Assembly: GCA_905178155.1 (NCBI GenBank)
Contig: CAJINV010000005.1
Span: 1,731,772-1,795,771 of the forward strand
Length of the DNA stretch: 64,000 nt
Source of the DNA: Amoebophrya sp. A120
Lineage: Eukaryota > Protista > Dinoflagellata
Reading direction: 5' to 3'
The notes below the pieces were generated by a model. That model worked only from the letters and a program-made list of their open reading frames with translations. It searched no databases and was not told the DNA's origin. Below are positions 61,501-64,000 of the stretch, one piece after another (position 1 is the stretch's first letter; the number at the start of each line of letters is the position of its first letter). The position numbers and the translations under genes were made by a program.

Positions 61501-62370
61501 CCAAGACCAGCAAGAGACGAGAAAGAACGAAGCCGGGTCCGCCCGTGTCACGCGCGTGACACGGTGGCCCTGTGATCTAGAGAAGCAGGGCAGCATCCCC
61601 CTCGCGCCAAGGGGCGCGCCTGCGCGTGCGAAAGCAATGCGCCACGACAATGGGCTGACGAGGCGCCCGGCTGTGGCCAAGCGGCGCCGGCAGGCGGCCA
61701 ACCAATCAATGGGAGGCCGGCAGTTGGTTGCTTGCCCTCCCGGGTGAGGCCGGCCGTGCCTGCCGCCCACAAGGGAGGAGGGCCAGAATAGCAGTCCGCC
61801 GCGCAGAAAGCAAGGCCGGGCCCGTGCCTGGCTGCCACAGAAACAAAGAAAGGAACAGCGGCAAGGCCAGCACACTGCCTTCTTACAGAGGCAGCCCCGC
61901 TGAAGGTCCCAACCTGTCAGAGCAGGCACTGAACCGCCGGGGCGGCGGAAATGCAGGGGCAGACGGGGCGCCTGCAATGCTTCGAACCGGGCTGCGGACA
62001 AGACGCCGGCGCGCCTGCGACAAAACGAAAGCGGGCACAGATAGGCCCGACACAAGTGTGGCGCTGCGGCACTTCGCGTCCATATATGCAAGGGGAGGCC
62101 GGCAAAGGGATAAGGGGCAAACGGGCGGCGCCCGAACGTCAACGCCAGCCGCGGCCCGCATTGCGCGCCACAAAAATGCGCCAAATACGGCAGCGGGCGC
62201 CGCGTCTCGAGGACGCTGCTTTGCGATGGCCCGGCTCGGCGCCTTGTGTGCCCCTCTTCCCTGCAACCACAATGAGGGGCGCCGGCGTTGTGGGAATTGC
62301 CTCCGCCTTACATTCCCGAGGCCATTTCTGAGACATTTTTAAAGATGACGGGATCACGGGCGTGGCAGTG
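58533..62370. mobile_element. 3.8-kb TIR element with CAC...GTG termini, no transposase ORF seen
   Basis: cacggaccgcccgtgatc..aaatgcctcaggaatg versus reverse complement of right end cactgccacgcccgtgatc..aaatgtctcagaaatg; flanked by catgaaaaaaagtt / cataaaaaagtt. Confidence 0.7.
60130..60800. repeat. Large inverted repeat with internal roughly 31-bp tandem units (gcgcgattttctattacaaaaaaacc)
   Basis: 60200-60410 is near reverse complement of 60510-60700. Confidence 0.9.
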
Positions 62371-63704
62371 CATAAAAAAGTTCGTCGCGATCACTCATTC
62401 TAATTTTTGCAATGCAATATTCTCACACTGAGAAGGCATATAGTTGACAGGTATGTATATAATTCTATACGGGATTTGGATTTCCCTAGTGTTTTTGCAA
62501 TACAAGCAAATTCTGCGATTACCAAAAAAGTTATTCCTGCTGCAAAGCCTGCAGCTTTGCCACTGTGAGAATCTTTTTTCGTCCCATAGAAATTTCCGTC
62601 GTCTTCGTTCCACGGTTTATCAGTGGGCACAACCCCGCCCTTCTCCCCTCTCATTTGTAATGCATGAACAACAGCACAAGTGTCAGCTCGATAAATGAAA
62701 CAGAAACTGTGGAGTCTTTGCATGAGAGATGCACGCAGGATTTTACTGCTGAGTGAATGGGTGGGCGAGTGAGTCGCGCCCCCTGAAGCAGCTCGTCGGT
62801 CCGATCGCTTCGCCAGTTCTTCTTTCCGGTGCTTGGTCTTCAGCCGGCCAGCGTCCAACTAAAAACGGCGATCTCTTTACAAAATACAAAAAGCATACAT
62901 ACCAACAAGCGATTTCCCGGTCCGACAGCCCAAACTAGTCCGGCTTTCAAAGACGCGCACTGTAGTTCCCCCTATGGGTGTCCCGGTACGCCATGCTTAC
63001 ATGGTCGGACGAAACCCCGATCGCCTGGTAAGCTACCCCCGCAGGAGCCTGCCGCGCGCACACTGCCAGGAGGCACAGTGCCTGCGGCCTGCTTGCTATT
63101 TTGTATCAAACAAACAAGGGCCGCGCGTGGGGACCGGGTCCCCGCGCCGGGGCTTTGTGCCCGTCTCTACCTAGTGGCGCTAGTGGATCAAGCGTGTCCG
63201 GCATCGGGGCGGACACGGACAGCGTCCGCCCCCCGCCTCACACCAGGCGCGCGCGTAGTGGCTGAGTGCGAGGCCAAGCGCGGCTAGTCGCTAAGTACTT
63301 ATCTCCGGCGCGTGTTTAAGTTTCTCTCTGCGTCGCGAAGTAAAGCATTTATTTCCGAACAGTGGGCTCCTATGTCAGCAGGGCAAAAATGCATTTACTT
63401 TCGCGCTGCGCCTTTCGCTTCACCTCTCGCGCCACCCGTCGCAATCGCCTGTGGCAGTTTTTACCTGTCGCCTGCCGTAAGGGGTGTCGGTTACAAGAAC
63501 GAGAACCCGGAAGCCAAGGAGCAATGGAAATGCTTATTTATATATTATACTAGCCTCTTGACGCGGGCGTCCCGGACGCCCGCTGGGCTAGTAGATTTAA
63601 AGATAATTCTAAAGATGGGAATGTGTTCAGAAGGTCTGGCTTGGAGTCGAATAGAATGTGGCGAGAAGGTTGAAAAGCATAGCGCTGCCTGCCGCGAGGA
63701 AGAT

Positions 63705-64000
63705 CGTTGCCGCGCCTGCGCCTGTCCTAGCGGCCTCGCAGCTTTAACGCCTTTTGCGGTCCGGCGTCCAGGACGCCGGCCCGCCGTCAGCCCTTTAGCC
63801 GCGTTGCCGCGCCTGCCTGCGCTTGCCCTAGCGGCCTCGCCGCTTTAACGCCTTTTGCGGTCCGGCGTCCAGGACACCGGCCCGCCGCCAGCCCTTTAGC
63901 CGCGTTGCCGCGCCTGCGCTTGCCCTAGCGGCCTCGCCGCTTTAACGCCTTTTGCGGTCCGGCGTCCAGGACGCCGGCCCGCCGTCAGCCCTTTAGCCGC
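63705..64000. repeat. About 97-bp GC-rich tandem repeat, runs off the window
   Basis: Units start cgttgccgcgcc at 63705, 63802 and 63903. Confidence 0.92.

Noticed and set aside
38240-63848. Search for an autonomous transposase or reverse transcriptase in the large elements
   Set aside because: No ORF with DDE, YxDD, integrase or tyrosine-recombinase motifs is visible; a profile search could still find decayed remnants.

Overview
Eukaryotic genomic DNA. The architecture fits a parasitic dinoflagellate (Syndiniales, Amoebophrya-like); this is inferred from gene structure, not from a search. All nine recognisable protein-coding genes lie on the minus strand: a large signal-peptide/Cys-rich multi-pass membrane protein, a very large inducible GTPase (GVIN/VLIG-like), DNAAF3, a BT1-type MFS transporter, a small secreted Cys-rich protein and four hypothetical proteins. 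Their exons are split by about 30 non-canonical introns that are miniature inverted-repeat elements (introners). These fall into at least 8 unrelated TIR types but share one grammar: 5-bp target-site duplication + TAT...ATA termini + repeated internal GCAT(C/G)ACAA motifs. In every junction I translated, removing the element plus one TSD copy restores the reading frame, and no fixed splice dinucleotide is shared. A few ordinary GT-AG/GC-AG introns coexist. There are also five large (1.2-5.5 kb) TIR/foldback elements without a recognisable transposase, one nested in another, and a 614-bp insert with a 15-bp TSD sitting in the conserved motif of an introner. Coordinates were read by eye and may be off by a few bases.
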